Assembly: GCA_045643885.1 (NCBI GenBank)
Contig: JAZRFY010000026.1
Span: 3,953-67,952, forward strand
From: Eubacteriales bacterium
Lineage (GTDB): Bacteria > Bacillota > Clostridia > Oscillospirales > CAG-272
Direction of reading: 5' to 3'
Length of the DNA stretch: 64,000 nucleotides
Shown here: one piece after another, positions 45,055 to 54,857 of the stretch
Numbering within the stretch: position 1 is the stretch's first letter
Layout: each line of letters begins with the position of its first letter
The notes under the pieces: generated by a model
What the model saw: the letters and a program-made list of their open reading frames with translations, nothing else
Told to the model about the DNA's origin: nothing
Databases searched by the model: none
Made by a program: the position numbers and the translations under genes

Positions 45055-46060
45055 TTGCTTCACCTCCGTTTTTAGTGGCAAGTCTCTTGTTCTTTAAATA
45101 AGTTTTGTCGGTTTTGTGAATAAGATCTTCAAACCAAAGGATCATAGAGGGCATTACAGTAAATACACAAATAAGACTAAGAAGAACGCCCTTGGAAAGA
45201 ACAAGACCAATGTCGGTACCGATTGTGAATGTCATAAGCAAGAGAACCAAAAGACCAACTATTGTAGTAGCTGAGCTACTAATAATTGAAGAAATGGCAT
45301 TAGCAATGGCATTAATCATAGCTTGCTTTTTGTCCTTAACCTCCAGAAGGTCATATTCCTGCTGATAACGGTGCATAAGAATGATAGAATAGTCAATTGA
45401 AAGCACAAGCTGGAATACTGCTGCAATTGCAAACGTCATATCAGAAACGCTTTCGAATATGATATTTGAACCCATATTGATAAGTACTGCAACACCAATG
45501 GATATAAGCAGCAAAACAGGCTCAAAATAAGATTTGCACATAAGCAAAAGCAAGATAAGCATAATAGAAACGGCAAGGGGAATAAGAAGATCGAGTACGT
45601 CAAGATAACCGTTTGCATAGTAAGTGTGAATTACGTATTCGTCACCAAGATCTGCCTTTATGCTATCAATAACCGAGTTGACCTTTTCGGAATCCATAAT
45701 ATATTCGGTTGTAACCATGTACATAGTATAGCTTTTTGTATTATGGTCTGTTGAGTTGATATCATAATCTACGGATTCAACACCTGAATAAGTTTTAAGC
45801 TTTTCGTAAATGGTAACCTTTTCAGTATATGTCAAATTCTCAAACATAACCTGAACTGTATCCTTAAGCTCAACAGCGGGGAATTCCGAGTTGATGATTT
45901 CAAGGCCCTTTCTCATTTCCGAATCTTTAGCAAGATATTTGGTTTGATCCTTGTTTACTGTTACACTGCCTATAAGACAAGCGAAGATAAGCGCTATCGC
46001 AATGCTTGCTATGAAGAAGAACAGTCTTTTCTCAACCAAAATTTTAGCAAATTTTTTCAT
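45047..46060 (-). CDS. MMPL/RND-superfamily transporter, N-terminal half (TM1, external loop, TM2-6)
   Basis: TM1, about 130 aa of external domain, then a 5-TM bundle (SSD-like), ending 8 nt inside the next gene. Confidence 0.75.
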   Translation of the reverse strand: MKKFAKILVEKRLFFFIASIAIALIFACLIGSVTVNKDQTKYLAKDSEMRKGLEIINSEFPAVELKDTVQVMFENLTYTEKVTIYEKLKTYSGVESVDYDINSTDHNTKSYTMYMVTTEYIMDSEKVNSVIDSIKADLGDEYVIHTYYANGYLDVLDLLIPLAVSIMLILLLLMCKSYFEPVLLLISIGVAVLINMGSNIIFESVSDMTFAIAAVFQLVLSIDYSIILMHRYQQEYDLLEVKDKKQAMINAIANAISSIISSSATTIVGLLVLLLMTFTIGTDIGLVLSKGVLLSLICVFTVMPSMILWFEDLIHKTDKTYLKNKRLATKNGGEANV

Positions 46061-46212
46061 GTATGTTCCTCACAATGTGAATGATAATTATTTAATCACA
46101 GTATTATACTACAATAAGGGAATTTTTTCAAGTGGAATTATACAATTAAATAAGTATAATTTGTTAATTTTATATAATATTAATATTCATATCCCAAATT
46201 AATCAAAAGCAC

Positions 46213-46240
46213 TTGAAAAATTATTAAATAATGGTATAAT
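46213..46240 (+). promoter_or_regulatory. sigma-A-type promoter (TTGAAA-16-TATAAT, extended TG)
   Basis: TTGAAAaattattaaataaTGgTATAAT. Confidence 0.55.
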
Positions 46241-46273
46241 ATATTAGATATAGAATATTAAAGGAGAAATGTT

Positions 46274-48154
46274 ATGCCAGACTATAAATTTCTGAATAAT
46301 ATCAATTCTCCTGCAGACTTAAAATTGTTGCAGGAGGATCAAATTGAACCTCTTGCCAGTGAAATTAGAGACTTCTTGGTAGAGAACGTTACTAAAACAG
46401 GAGGACATCTTGCATCCAATCTTGGCGCAGTTGAGCTAAGTCTTGCAATACATAGAGTGTTTGACGTCCCCAATGACCACGTTATATTTGACGTTGGACA
46501 TCAAAGCTATGTTCATAAGATCCTTACCGGCAGAAAAGATAAATTCAACACCTTAAGACAGGGTGGAGGTATTAGTGGATTTACTAAACGAAGCGAAAGT
46601 GAGTATGATTGCTTTGGCGCAGGTCATAGCTCAACCTCAGTTTCAGCAGGTTTAGGCTTTGCAATAGCAGATAAATTGCAGGGCAATGATACATATACTG
46701 TCGTTGTTCTTGGCGATGGAGCATTTACCGGTGGTATGGTTCACGAGGCACTCAACAATATCGAAAGAAATCTTCGTCTTGTTATCATCTTGAATGAAAA
46801 TGAAATGTCGATTTCCAAGAATATCGGATCATTTGCGAAAATCCTCACAAAGCTCCGTCTTAATCCTTCATATGTCAATACTAAAGGATTTTTCAGAACG
46901 TTTATTTCACACATTCCGTTGATCGGTAAACCTCTTTTCAAGGGATTAAGAAACCTTAAAAAGAGAATTAAGGATATGTTTTATGGATCTAACTATTTTG
47001 AAAATCTTGGTCTTTTCTATATAGGTCCTATTGACGGAAATGATGAAAAACAGCTTGAAAGTGCACTTAAGCTTGCTAAATCCTGTAAGGAAAGCACACT
47101 TGTTCACGTTAAAACCGTTAAGGGCAAGGGCTATTCTCCTGCTGAAGAAAATCCTGCCAAGTTCCACGGAATATCTCCCGAAGGATCTATGCGCTCAAAT
47201 ACTAATTTTTCAGAAGAATTTGGCAAACATCTAAATAATATTGCAAATAATGATGAAAAAGTAGTTGCAATAACCGCAGCAATGCTTGACGGAACCGGTC
47301 TTTGCGATTTTGCCAATAATCATCCCGACAGAACCTTTGACGTAGGTATCGCAGAAGAACACGCAATTACTTTTGCAGCAGGTCTTGCAGCAAGTGGCAT
47401 AAAGCCGTATTGTGCAATATATTCTACCTTCTTGCAGCGCACCTATGATAATATCATTCACGACGTTGCACTTCAAAATATTCCTGTGAAGATTTGCATC
47501 GACAGAGCTGGACTTAACGCCTCTGACGGTCCTACTCATCACGGCATATATGACGTGGCAATGCTTTCTCAAGTGCCTAATATGACATTATATTCGGCTT
47601 CTACTTATAACACCTTGAGATTGGCTCTTGACACTATGAATTCCATAGGATTACCCTCTGCAGTCAGATATAATAAGGGTGCTGAAAAGCAAATTATCGT
47701 TGACGAATTCTATAAAGAAGACGCTAAGAATCTTTCTATTAGAACTAACTATTCCAATCCGGAAGAGCTTGATGCAGTGATTGTTACACATGGCGGAATT
47801 GCTGCTGAAGCTATAAAGGCTGCAAGACTTCTTGATTCTAAAATCAAGGTTGGAATCATACTTGTTGAAAGAATTATGCCATATGCAAATCTTGTTGAGG
47901 ATATCATAAAGGTGATACCCAATAAACCTTCTGTCATCGTTACACTTGAAGAGGAGATAAAAGCAGGTGGATTTGGCATGATGCTTATGGATAAGCTTTC
48001 AAAATGCTATATTATGAGCAATAAACATACTGACATAATTGCTGTTGAAGATAGCTTTGCAGATAAATACGGAGAAGATATCTATGCTTCACTTGGTCTT
48101 GATGCCAATAGCATCGCACAAAGAATAATTAACTTAAAGGAGAGAACAAAATGA
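46274..48154 (+). CDS. dxs: 1-deoxy-D-xylulose-5-phosphate synthase
   Basis: GGHLASNLGAVEL, DVGHQSY, GDGAFTGGM and DGPTHHG motifs. Confidence 0.96.
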   Translation: MPDYKFLNNINSPADLKLLQEDQIEPLASEIRDFLVENVTKTGGHLASNLGAVELSLAIHRVFDVPNDHVIFDVGHQSYVHKILTGRKDKFNTLRQGGGISGFTKRSESEYDCFGAGHSSTSVSAGLGFAIADKLQGNDTYTVVVLGDGAFTGGMVHEALNNIERNLRLVIILNENEMSISKNIGSFAKILTKLRLNPSYVNTKGFFRTFISHIPLIGKPLFKGLRNLKKRIKDMFYGSNYFENLGLFYIGPIDGNDEKQLESALKLAKSCKESTLVHVKTVKGKGYSPAEENPAKFHGISPEGSMRSNTNFSEEFGKHLNNIANNDEKVVAITAAMLDGTGLCDFANNHPDRTFDVGIAEEHAITFAAGLAASGIKPYCAIYSTFLQRTYDNIIHDVALQNIPVKICIDRAGLNASDGPTHHGIYDVAMLSQVPNMTLYSASTYNTLRLALDTMNSIGLPSAVRYNKGAEKQIIVDEFYKEDAKNLSIRTNYSNPEELDAVIVTHGGIAAEAIKAARLLDSKIKVGIILVERIMPYANLVEDIIKVIPNKPSVIVTLEEEIKAGGFGMMLMDKLSKCYIMSNKHTDIIAVEDSFADKYGEDIYASLGLDANSIAQRIINLKERTK

Positions 48155-48513
48155 GCTTATATGAATCAGGCGAAATGTACCTTGAAACAATTTTTGTTTT
48201 AACCAATGAGGGAAAAAATATAAGAGCAATTGACGTTTGTGAACATATGGGATACTCCAAGCCCAGTGTCAGCCGTGCTCTTGGTATTTTAAAGAAGAGT
48301 GGCCATATTCTTGTTGATAAAAACGGGTATCTTACCTTGACTGAGGAAGGTATTAAGGTGGCAAAAAAGATTTACGAAAGACACAAAATTCTTACTGAAG
48401 TGCTTATCGAGATTGGTGTTAGCCCTGAGGTTGCAAGTGACGACGCTTGTAAGATAGAGCATCATATAAGTGACGAGTCCTTCGAAGCAATCAAATCAAA
48501 ATTCCAAAAATAA
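48151..48513 (+). CDS. DtxR/MntR-family metal-dependent transcriptional regulator (short, 120 aa)
   Basis: ESGEMYLETIF, wHTH region SKPSVSRALGILKKSGH, and IEHH near the C-terminus. ATGA overlap with the dxs stop. Confidence 0.8.
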   Translation: MSLYESGEMYLETIFVLTNEGKNIRAIDVCEHMGYSKPSVSRALGILKKSGHILVDKNGYLTLTEEGIKVAKKIYERHKILTEVLIEIGVSPEVASDDACKIEHHISDESFEAIKSKFQK

Positions 48514-48518
48514 AAAAT

Positions 48519-48549
48519 AGCGGAGATGCAAGCATCTCCGCTTTATTTA
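48519..48549. terminator. bidirectional intrinsic terminator
   Basis: agcggagatgc-aa-gcatctccgct followed by a T-rich run. Confidence 0.75.
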
Positions 48550-49734
48550 TTATACTAAACCGTTTTTGATATCCTCAATGAATTTTGCCATTCTTTCAAG
48601 ACCTTCCGTTATGTGCTTGATTGAATAAGCGTAGGAAATTCTTGCAAATCCTGTGCCACTAGCTCCAAATGCTTCACCGGGAACGATTGCCACGTGATAT
48701 CTCTTTAAAAGCTCAGTGCAAAATTCTTCGCCGCTAAGACCGAACTGAGAAATCTTAGGGAAGATATAGAAAGCACCCTTTGGCTCAAAGCTTTCAATGC
48801 CCATTTCAAGAAGCTTTTCATATATAAGAGTTCTTCTTCTGTCATATTCTGCGGTCATATAAGCAATGTCACCGTCACCATTTTTAAGTGCAGAAATTGC
48901 AGCAAACTGTGACGTTGTTGGGCTTGACATTATTTCATACTGATGAATCTTAAGCATCTGAGAGGTGATTTGCTTGGGAGCACATACCCAGCCAAGACGC
49001 CAGCCTGTCATAGCAAATGCCTTTGAAAAGCCGTTCACAACGATGGTGCGTTCCTTCATGCCGTCAATAGAAGCAATTGAGCAATGCTTAGATCCATAGG
49101 TCATCTCTGCATATATTTCATCAGAAAGAATTACGATATTTGTATCTCTGACAATATCGGCAATCTCCTCAAGCTCCTCTTTTGTCATTATAGCGCCTGT
49201 AGGATTGTTAGGAAAGGGAAGAACAATCATTTTTGTTCTATCCGTAATAAGTGATTTCAATTTGTCGGGATCGATCTTAAATTCGTTTTCAAAATATGTT
49301 TCAAGAATAACAGGTGTTGCACCCGCCATCTTTGCAAGAGGCTCATAGCATACGAACGAGGGTGTTGGAATGATAACCTCATCACCGATATCAAGAGTAG
49401 CTCTCATTGCAATATCGATAGCCTCAGAGCCACCAACTGTTACGATAATTTCATCCTTGGGATTATATGAAAGACCAAATCTTCTTGTCATATAATTATC
49501 TATTTCACGACGAAGCTCTTCAAGACCTGCATTTGCAGTATAGAACGTCTTTCCGGTTTCAAGGCTTTGAATACCGGCTTCGCGAATATGCCAGGGTGTA
49601 ACGAAATCAGGCTGACCGACAGTAAGTGATATAACGTCCTTCATATCGGGAGATATCATATCGAAATATTTTCTGATTCCCGATTTAGGTATATCAACAA
49701 TTTTCTTGGGTAATACCTTACTGTAATCAATCAT
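48550..49734 (-). CDS. class I/II PLP-dependent aminotransferase (AspC/PatA-like)
   Basis: SGIRKYFD, NPTG, and the PLP-lysine region NGFSKAFAMTGWRLG. Confidence 0.9.
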   Translation of the reverse strand: MIDYSKVLPKKIVDIPKSGIRKYFDMISPDMKDVISLTVGQPDFVTPWHIREAGIQSLETGKTFYTANAGLEELRREIDNYMTRRFGLSYNPKDEIIVTVGGSEAIDIAMRATLDIGDEVIIPTPSFVCYEPLAKMAGATPVILETYFENEFKIDPDKLKSLITDRTKMIVLPFPNNPTGAIMTKEELEEIADIVRDTNIVILSDEIYAEMTYGSKHCSIASIDGMKERTIVVNGFSKAFAMTGWRLGWVCAPKQITSQMLKIHQYEIMSSPTTSQFAAISALKNGDGDIAYMTAEYDRRRTLIYEKLLEMGIESFEPKGAFYIFPKISQFGLSGEEFCTELLKRYHVAIVPGEAFGASGTGFARISYAYSIKHITEGLERMAKFIEDIKNGLV

Positions 49735-50216
49735 TCGCCAAAGATCTCTCTTTCGTCGGTTTCGGGAGTAGAGCCGTAGATAACGCCCTTATCCTTGTAT
49801 TTTCTCAAAACAAAGTGAGTTGAAGTTGTCTGAATGTGAGAAATGGGAGAAAGCTTTTCGGCAACGAAAAGAGCAACCTCACGAAGAGTCTTGCCTTCGA
49901 TAATGATTGCAAAGTCAAAGCCTCCAGAAATAAGATAAAGACTTTCAACCTCGGGATAGTTATAAATCTTTTCAGCAATTCTATCAAAGCCACGCTCAGG
50001 CTGAGGAGTGGTCTTAACCTCAATTATTGCAGTAACGTATTCGCGAGAAGTCTTGTCCCAGTCGATAAGTGTTTTATATCCAAGAATAACGCCTTGCTTC
50101 TCGTAATCAAGGATCATTTTCTTTATATCGCCAACTTCTTTGTCAAGCATCTTTGAGAGCTGCTCGGGAGTGAGAGTGGCATCATTTTCAAGCAATGTGA
50201 GCAATTTGTTTTCCAT
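49731..50216 (-). CDS. Lrp/AsnC family transcriptional regulator
   Basis: N-terminal HTH plus a C-terminal RAM domain. ATGA overlap with the aminotransferase. Confidence 0.85.
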   Translation of the reverse strand: MENKLLTLLENDATLTPEQLSKMLDKEVGDIKKMILDYEKQGVILGYKTLIDWDKTSREYVTAIIEVKTTPQPERGFDRIAEKIYNYPEVESLYLISGGFDFAIIIEGKTLREVALFVAEKLSPISHIQTTSTHFVLRKYKDKGVIYGSTPETDEREIFGE

Positions 50217-50294
50217 ATCGGTAACTCCTTAAAATAAATACTGATTAATTATATCACATTTTTGATATTTAGTAAATAGTTTTATTATTTTTTC

Positions 50295-50323
50295 TTGCAA
50301 CTTTTACTTTTATGTAGTATAAT
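50295..50323 (+). promoter_or_regulatory. sigma-A-type promoter (TTGCAA-17-TATAAT)
   Basis: TTGCAActtttacttttatgtagTATAAT. Confidence 0.55.
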
Positions 50324-50350
50324 AAATAAAAAAGTAAGGGAGGAACTAAA

Positions 50351-51430
50351 ATGAACGAAAATTATCTTTTGAATAATGAAGCTGCAAAAAAGCTATATTT
50401 CGAATATGCCAAGAATCTTCCCACTTTGTATCTCTATTTCAACTGTAAGGTAAGCGAAAAACCATACGATAATATTACCCAAGCATTTATTTGGAATGAT
50501 TATTATAAGCTTTTTCTTCTAGACAATTCACCCCTAAATATTCTTGAAGCTTCAGATTATACGATTTTCAAGGAATTTTGCAATTTGATACCGAAGTTAG
50601 CTATGCATCCTATATATATACTTGCGCATATCGAGCTAAAAGAAAACTTTGATTGTCAGCTTGAAATCAATGGTGACAATTGTGACGCTATATGGTATCA
50701 TTGCAATGACTATATTAAAAACAATGATTTCTCTGATTTTTATGTTCAAAAGAAGAACAATTGCATTAATATTCCATATTTGGATTTAAACGGTTTGTTG
50801 GATAAATGCATTAATGATGAGAATATTACTGATTTGGAAAGCTTTGAAAATGCTGCCATTAAAGTTTTGACATTGTATAATGAAAACGGTTGTAAGAGAG
50901 CGCATTTAAATAGAATCGTTGATGATTTTAATAAGCCCAACCCTTACCAGGCAAATTTAATCCTTCAAAGAATCAGAGAAAGAGATAAGACTCTTATTGA
51001 TTCGGACCTTGCTTTGCTTGAAGCACAAGCGCTTAGAACAATCGGCATCAAAGCAAAAGAAATGGGTTGGAAGTATTTTTCCGATAATGAAAATTGGGGA
51101 ACCAATGGAGATTTATTTAGCTACCTTGCATACTCTTCAGCTCTGCCGGAGCTAATCGAGATAGTAAGCGGTGATTTTATTGCATCTTCGTTTAATTTTT
51201 CAGAATTGATTTCAAAATATGCCCATAGTTATCCAATTGGAGATATGATATTCCATATAGAATCTACATCTCCAACAGCTGCATATGCAAGATACGACTA
51301 TTATAAACGTATACTTTGCAATCTTTTAGGAGAAGCCATTGAAAACGGCGAATATACCTCCGATGAAAGTACTGTAAAGAAGATTATCGAAGACATTTTA
51401 TATAATAATTTAAAAGAAGCCATCAAATGA
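50351..51430 (+). CDS. truncated, motif-degenerate glucuronate isomerase (UxaC)-like protein
   Basis: The ends align by eye to UxaC: ENYLLNNEAAKKLYFEYAKNLP versus E. coli [22 protein letters not shown], and ARYDYYKRILCNLLG versus TRHEYFRRILCQMIG. The DYHCHL metal motif reads LYFNCKV, and the protein is 359 aa against about 470. Confidence 0.65.
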   Translation: MNENYLLNNEAAKKLYFEYAKNLPTLYLYFNCKVSEKPYDNITQAFIWNDYYKLFLLDNSPLNILEASDYTIFKEFCNLIPKLAMHPIYILAHIELKENFDCQLEINGDNCDAIWYHCNDYIKNNDFSDFYVQKKNNCINIPYLDLNGLLDKCINDENITDLESFENAAIKVLTLYNENGCKRAHLNRIVDDFNKPNPYQANLILQRIRERDKTLIDSDLALLEAQALRTIGIKAKEMGWKYFSDNENWGTNGDLFSYLAYSSALPELIEIVSGDFIASSFNFSELISKYAHSYPIGDMIFHIESTSPTAAYARYDYYKRILCNLLGEAIENGEYTSDESTVKKIIEDILYNNLKEAIK

Positions 51431-51446
51431 TGGCTTCTTTCTTTTT
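51412..51446. terminator. bidirectional terminator overlapping the UxaC-like stop
   Basis: aaagaagccatc-aaat-gatggcttcttt followed by a T-run. Confidence 0.75.
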
Positions 51447-52359
51447 ATGCTATAAATTCAAGAATATCTTTTATACATTCTTCGCGGGAAATATCATTAA
51501 GAACCTCGTGACGGTTCTTTTCGTAGAGCTTTGTAGTAACGATTGCGCCTTTTTCACGGAGCTTCTTATCTACTACAAGAACACCTTTACCGTAATCACC
51601 AACAACGTCATCAGCACCTGATACGAGAAGAATGGGCATTTTCTTTGCAACAGCTTCAAACCATTCATCCTTATTTACAAGGTGCAAAAGATATATAAGG
51701 TCGTGCATTGCAGAAACAGTGAAGTTAAAGGTACAGAACTTGTCATTGTGATAAGCATCGCGAACACTTGCATCGTTTGTGAGCCACGCGTGAGGGCCTT
51801 CTTCTTTAGGATATTTCGCATTATAACTACCAAAAGCAATCATATCCATAAGAGGGGAGTAGTGCTTAGGACCTCTTATTCCTCTTATAATTCTGGCAAG
51901 ATATACACCGATAATACTGATAGGCAAGGGACCGCCCGTTCCCATAACGATGAGCTTGTCAGGAGTTACGTATTTTTGAGTAGATCTTCTTACTACAAAT
52001 GAGCCCATGCTATGTCCCATAAGATAATACGGATAATCACCGTATTCTTCCTTGATTGCATCATAGAATACCTTAACGTCTTGACAAATGATATCCTCAC
52101 CGCCCTTATCGGCAAAATGGCCAAGCTCACTGTCGTTAGTTGCAGTATGTCCGTGACCGATATGATCGTATGCGAATGTGATATAGCCTGCTGCAGCCAT
52201 AATTCTCATAAAGGAATCATATCTTGCGATATGCTCAGTTTTTCCGTGTACAACGTGGAAATAACCCTTTATTTCTCCGTGAGGAAGATATACCTTTCCA
52301 ACAAGCCAGGTAGTCTTGTTAGAGGATAATACTTTCTTATCTAAAATTGAATATTCCAT
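51445..52359 (-). CDS. alpha/beta hydrolase (lysophospholipase / monoacylglycerol-lipase-like)
   Basis: HGKTEH, the nucleophile elbow GHSMGS, and a C-terminal His region. It lies 9 nt downstream of glpK. Confidence 0.8.
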   Translation of the reverse strand: MEYSILDKKVLSSNKTTWLVGKVYLPHGEIKGYFHVVHGKTEHIARYDSFMRIMAAAGYITFAYDHIGHGHTATNDSELGHFADKGGEDIICQDVKVFYDAIKEEYGDYPYYLMGHSMGSFVVRRSTQKYVTPDKLIVMGTGGPLPISIIGVYLARIIRGIRGPKHYSPLMDMIAFGSYNAKYPKEEGPHAWLTNDASVRDAYHNDKFCTFNFTVSAMHDLIYLLHLVNKDEWFEAVAKKMPILLVSGADDVVGDYGKGVLVVDKKLREKGAIVTTKLYEKNRHEVLNDISREECIKDILEFIA

Positions 52360-52368
52360 AAATTACTC

Positions 52369-53850
52369 CTAAAATGATCTGCAAGCATTGATTGCATCTT
52401 CCCATCCCTTAAGAAGAGTGTTTCGTTTTTCATTCTCAATAGAAGGGATAAACGAATCCTTAGCCTTTACCAAGGTTTTAAGCTCGTCTCTGTCCTTATA
52501 GAAACCAACTGCAAGACCTGCAAGGAAAGCAGCTCCTTGGGCAGTTGCTTCAGTCGAAGAGGGACGGATAACCTCAACCTCAGATATGTCGCTTTGAAAT
52601 TGCATAAGGAAATTGTTAGAAGAAGCACCACCGTCAACCTTAAGTGTTTTGATGCAGCTATTAGTGTCTGCATTCATTGCTCTGATGAGGTCGTTTGATT
52701 GATATGCGATAGATTCAAGAGCGGCTCTTACTATGTGATAAACGTTAGCGCCTCTTGTAAGGCCGGTAATAGTGCCTCTGGCATGCATATCCCAATAGGG
52801 AGCACCAAGACCTGCAAAAGCAGGAACAACGTAAACGCCTGCACTGTCTTCAACCATTTTAGCAAATGCTTCGGATTCCTTTGATTCCTTGATAACCTTC
52901 AATTCATCTCTGAGCCAATGGATTACTGCACCACCTATAAATACTGATCCCTCAAGAGCATATTCGGTTTTTCTGCCTTGCTCAGTTGCTGCAACAGTTG
53001 TAATAAGACCGTTTTTAGAGCTAATGATTTGATTTCCTGTGTGAGCAAGTAGGAAGCATCCCGTGCCGTATGTATTTTTTGCTTGGCCTTCTTCAAAACA
53101 GCATTGACCAAAGAGAGCTGCTTGCTGGTCACCTGCGATTCCACATATCGGAATTGAAGCTCCCATGATATCAACATGACCATATATCTCACTGCTTGAA
53201 CGAATCTTGGGCAAAATAGAGGATGGAATATCAAGTATCTTTAAAAGCTTTTCATCCCACTCGCCCTTTTCAATATTATAAAGCATCGTTCTTGATGCAT
53301 TTGTTGCGTCAGTTACGTGAATTCTGCCTTCAGTAAGCTTCCATATGAGCCAGGTGTCAACGGTTCCAAAAAGGATTTCTCCTCGTTCAGCCATCTCTCG
53401 TGCACCTTCAACGTGGTCAAGTATCCATTTTATCTTTGTGCCACTGAAGTAAGCATCTATTCTAAGTCCTGTTACTTCTTGAATATACTCTGAATAACCT
53501 TCTTTGATCAATTGATCGCATATGTCTGCAGTTCTGCGGCATTGCCATACGATGGCATTATAAATGGGCTTTCCCGTAATCTTATTCCAAAGAATTGTCG
53601 TTTCGCGCTGATTGGTGATACCTATTCCTGCGATTTCTTCGGCTGAAATGCCACTTTTTGCAATACATTGAGTCAAAGTTGCATACTGATTGGCATATAT
53701 CTCCATTGGGTCTTGCTCCACCCAACCGGGTTGAGGATAGTATTGTGTAAATTCGTGCTGAGACGATGAAACAATCTTGCAATCGTGGTCGAAGAGTATG
53801 CTTCGAGCACTTGTTGTACCTTCATCCAAAGCCAAAATATACTTTTTCAT
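52369..53850 (-). CDS. glpK: glycerol kinase
   Basis: [24 protein letters not shown] and [16 protein letters not shown]. The start is set at the ATG at 53850 (GGAGG upstream); the track start at 53952 is an extension. Confidence 0.96.
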   Translation of the reverse strand: MKKYILALDEGTTSARSILFDHDCKIVSSSQHEFTQYYPQPGWVEQDPMEIYANQYATLTQCIAKSGISAEEIAGIGITNQRETTILWNKITGKPIYNAIVWQCRRTADICDQLIKEGYSEYIQEVTGLRIDAYFSGTKIKWILDHVEGAREMAERGEILFGTVDTWLIWKLTEGRIHVTDATNASRTMLYNIEKGEWDEKLLKILDIPSSILPKIRSSSEIYGHVDIMGASIPICGIAGDQQAALFGQCCFEEGQAKNTYGTGCFLLAHTGNQIISSKNGLITTVAATEQGRKTEYALEGSVFIGGAVIHWLRDELKVIKESKESEAFAKMVEDSAGVYVVPAFAGLGAPYWDMHARGTITGLTRGANVYHIVRAALESIAYQSNDLIRAMNADTNSCIKTLKVDGGASSNNFLMQFQSDISEVEVIRPSSTEATAQGAAFLAGLAVGFYKDRDELKTLVKAKDSFIPSIENEKRNTLLKGWEDAINACRSF

Positions 53851-53896
53851 ATAGCCTCCATACTGCCAAATCGCGGCAAAAATAATATACACATCA

Positions 53897-53925
53897 ATTC
53901 TATCACAATTTATTTGATAATTCAA
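53897..53925 (-). promoter_or_regulatory. sigma-A-type promoter for glpK (TTGAAT-17-TAGAAT)
   Basis: The minus strand reads TTGAATtatcaaataaattgtgaTAGAAT. Confidence 0.55.
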
Positions 53926-53987
53926 TACTTTTTGTAATAATTTGAGCGCCATTTACATAGGAATTACTAAAAGGAAGTGGACAAGCG

Positions 53988-54857
53988 ATGAATTTTGATA
54001 AAATAAATTTTATTCCTTTAAGATTAAAAGATGAAATTACAAAAAATGTATACGAAAAAGGAATTCTTGAAGAAATCAGAATACGAAAAAACAGAAATGC
54101 TTACATAATTGTTTCAGGCAAAAACATAGTATTAAACATAATTATTCACGATGAGGAGATGCTTGAAATAATTCAAAAAATCACAAGAAACTCCTTGTAT
54201 GCCTATCGAGATACAATCGTCAACGGTTACATAAGCTTTGAATACGGAATTCGCATCGGTGTAATAGGATCAGCCAACGTTGAAAACAATTCGATTATCG
54301 GCATATCAGATATAAACGAGCTTGCTATAAGAATACCCAATAATATTTCAGTTAACGTAGACGATTTGCTTGATCTTGTTCGAGCAAATTCCGTATTGAT
54401 ATATTCACCGCCAGGAGAGGGGAAAACTACTCTTTTGCGTGCACTTATAAGAGAGCTATCAGTTGGACACCTCGGGAAGCGTTTGGGTGTTATAGACACC
54501 CGAGATGAGCTTATTTGCGACTTTGATAATAAAGAAGCTCTTGTGAGTGTTCTAAGTAAATATCCAAGAGAAAACGGCATAGAAATCGCCATAAGAACGA
54601 TGAATCCACAAATAATCATGTGCGATGAAATTGGTGATGCAAAGGACTCAAGAGCTTTTCTTGAAGCTCAAGGAATAGGAGTTCCCATAATCGCGACCTG
54701 TCACGGCTCTTCAATTAAAGAAATACTTTCTCACACCGGAATACGCAATCTTCACGTAAACTCAATTTTTGATTATTATATTGGAATCAAGAGAGGGAAT
54801 AACATGGATTTTATTTATACCGTACATTCTTGGAGAGATGCCAATGATTGTTTATAA
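53988..54857 (+). CDS. spoIIIAA: stage III sporulation protein AA (ATPase)
   Basis: Walker A SPPGEGKTTLLR, Walker B IIMCDEIG, and first position in an eight-gene spoIIIA-like operon. Confidence 0.9.
   Translation: MNFDKINFIPLRLKDEITKNVYEKGILEEIRIRKNRNAYIIVSGKNIVLNIIIHDEEMLEIIQKITRNSLYAYRDTIVNGYISFEYGIRIGVIGSANVENNSIIGISDINELAIRIPNNISVNVDDLLDLVRANSVLIYSPPGEGKTTLLRALIRELSVGHLGKRLGVIDTRDELICDFDNKEALVSVLSKYPRENGIEIAIRTMNPQIIMCDEIGDAKDSRAFLEAQGIGVPIIATCHGSSIKEILSHTGIRNLHVNSIFDYYIGIKRGNNMDFIYTVHSWRDANDCL

Noticed and set aside
45047-45081. The overlap of the two MMPL-half ORFs as a frameshifted pseudogene.
   Set aside because: An SD (GGAGGTGA) and an ATG overlapping the upstream stop give a standard coupled two-gene junction. 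Both halves are intact. A recent frameshift cannot be fully excluded without orthologs.
53930-53987. A possible SigE-type promoter for spoIIIA (ATAATT ... CATAGGAAT).
   Set aside because: The match to the remembered consensus (ATATT-16/18-CATACA-T) is weak and the spacing is ambiguous. It is not reported as a feature.
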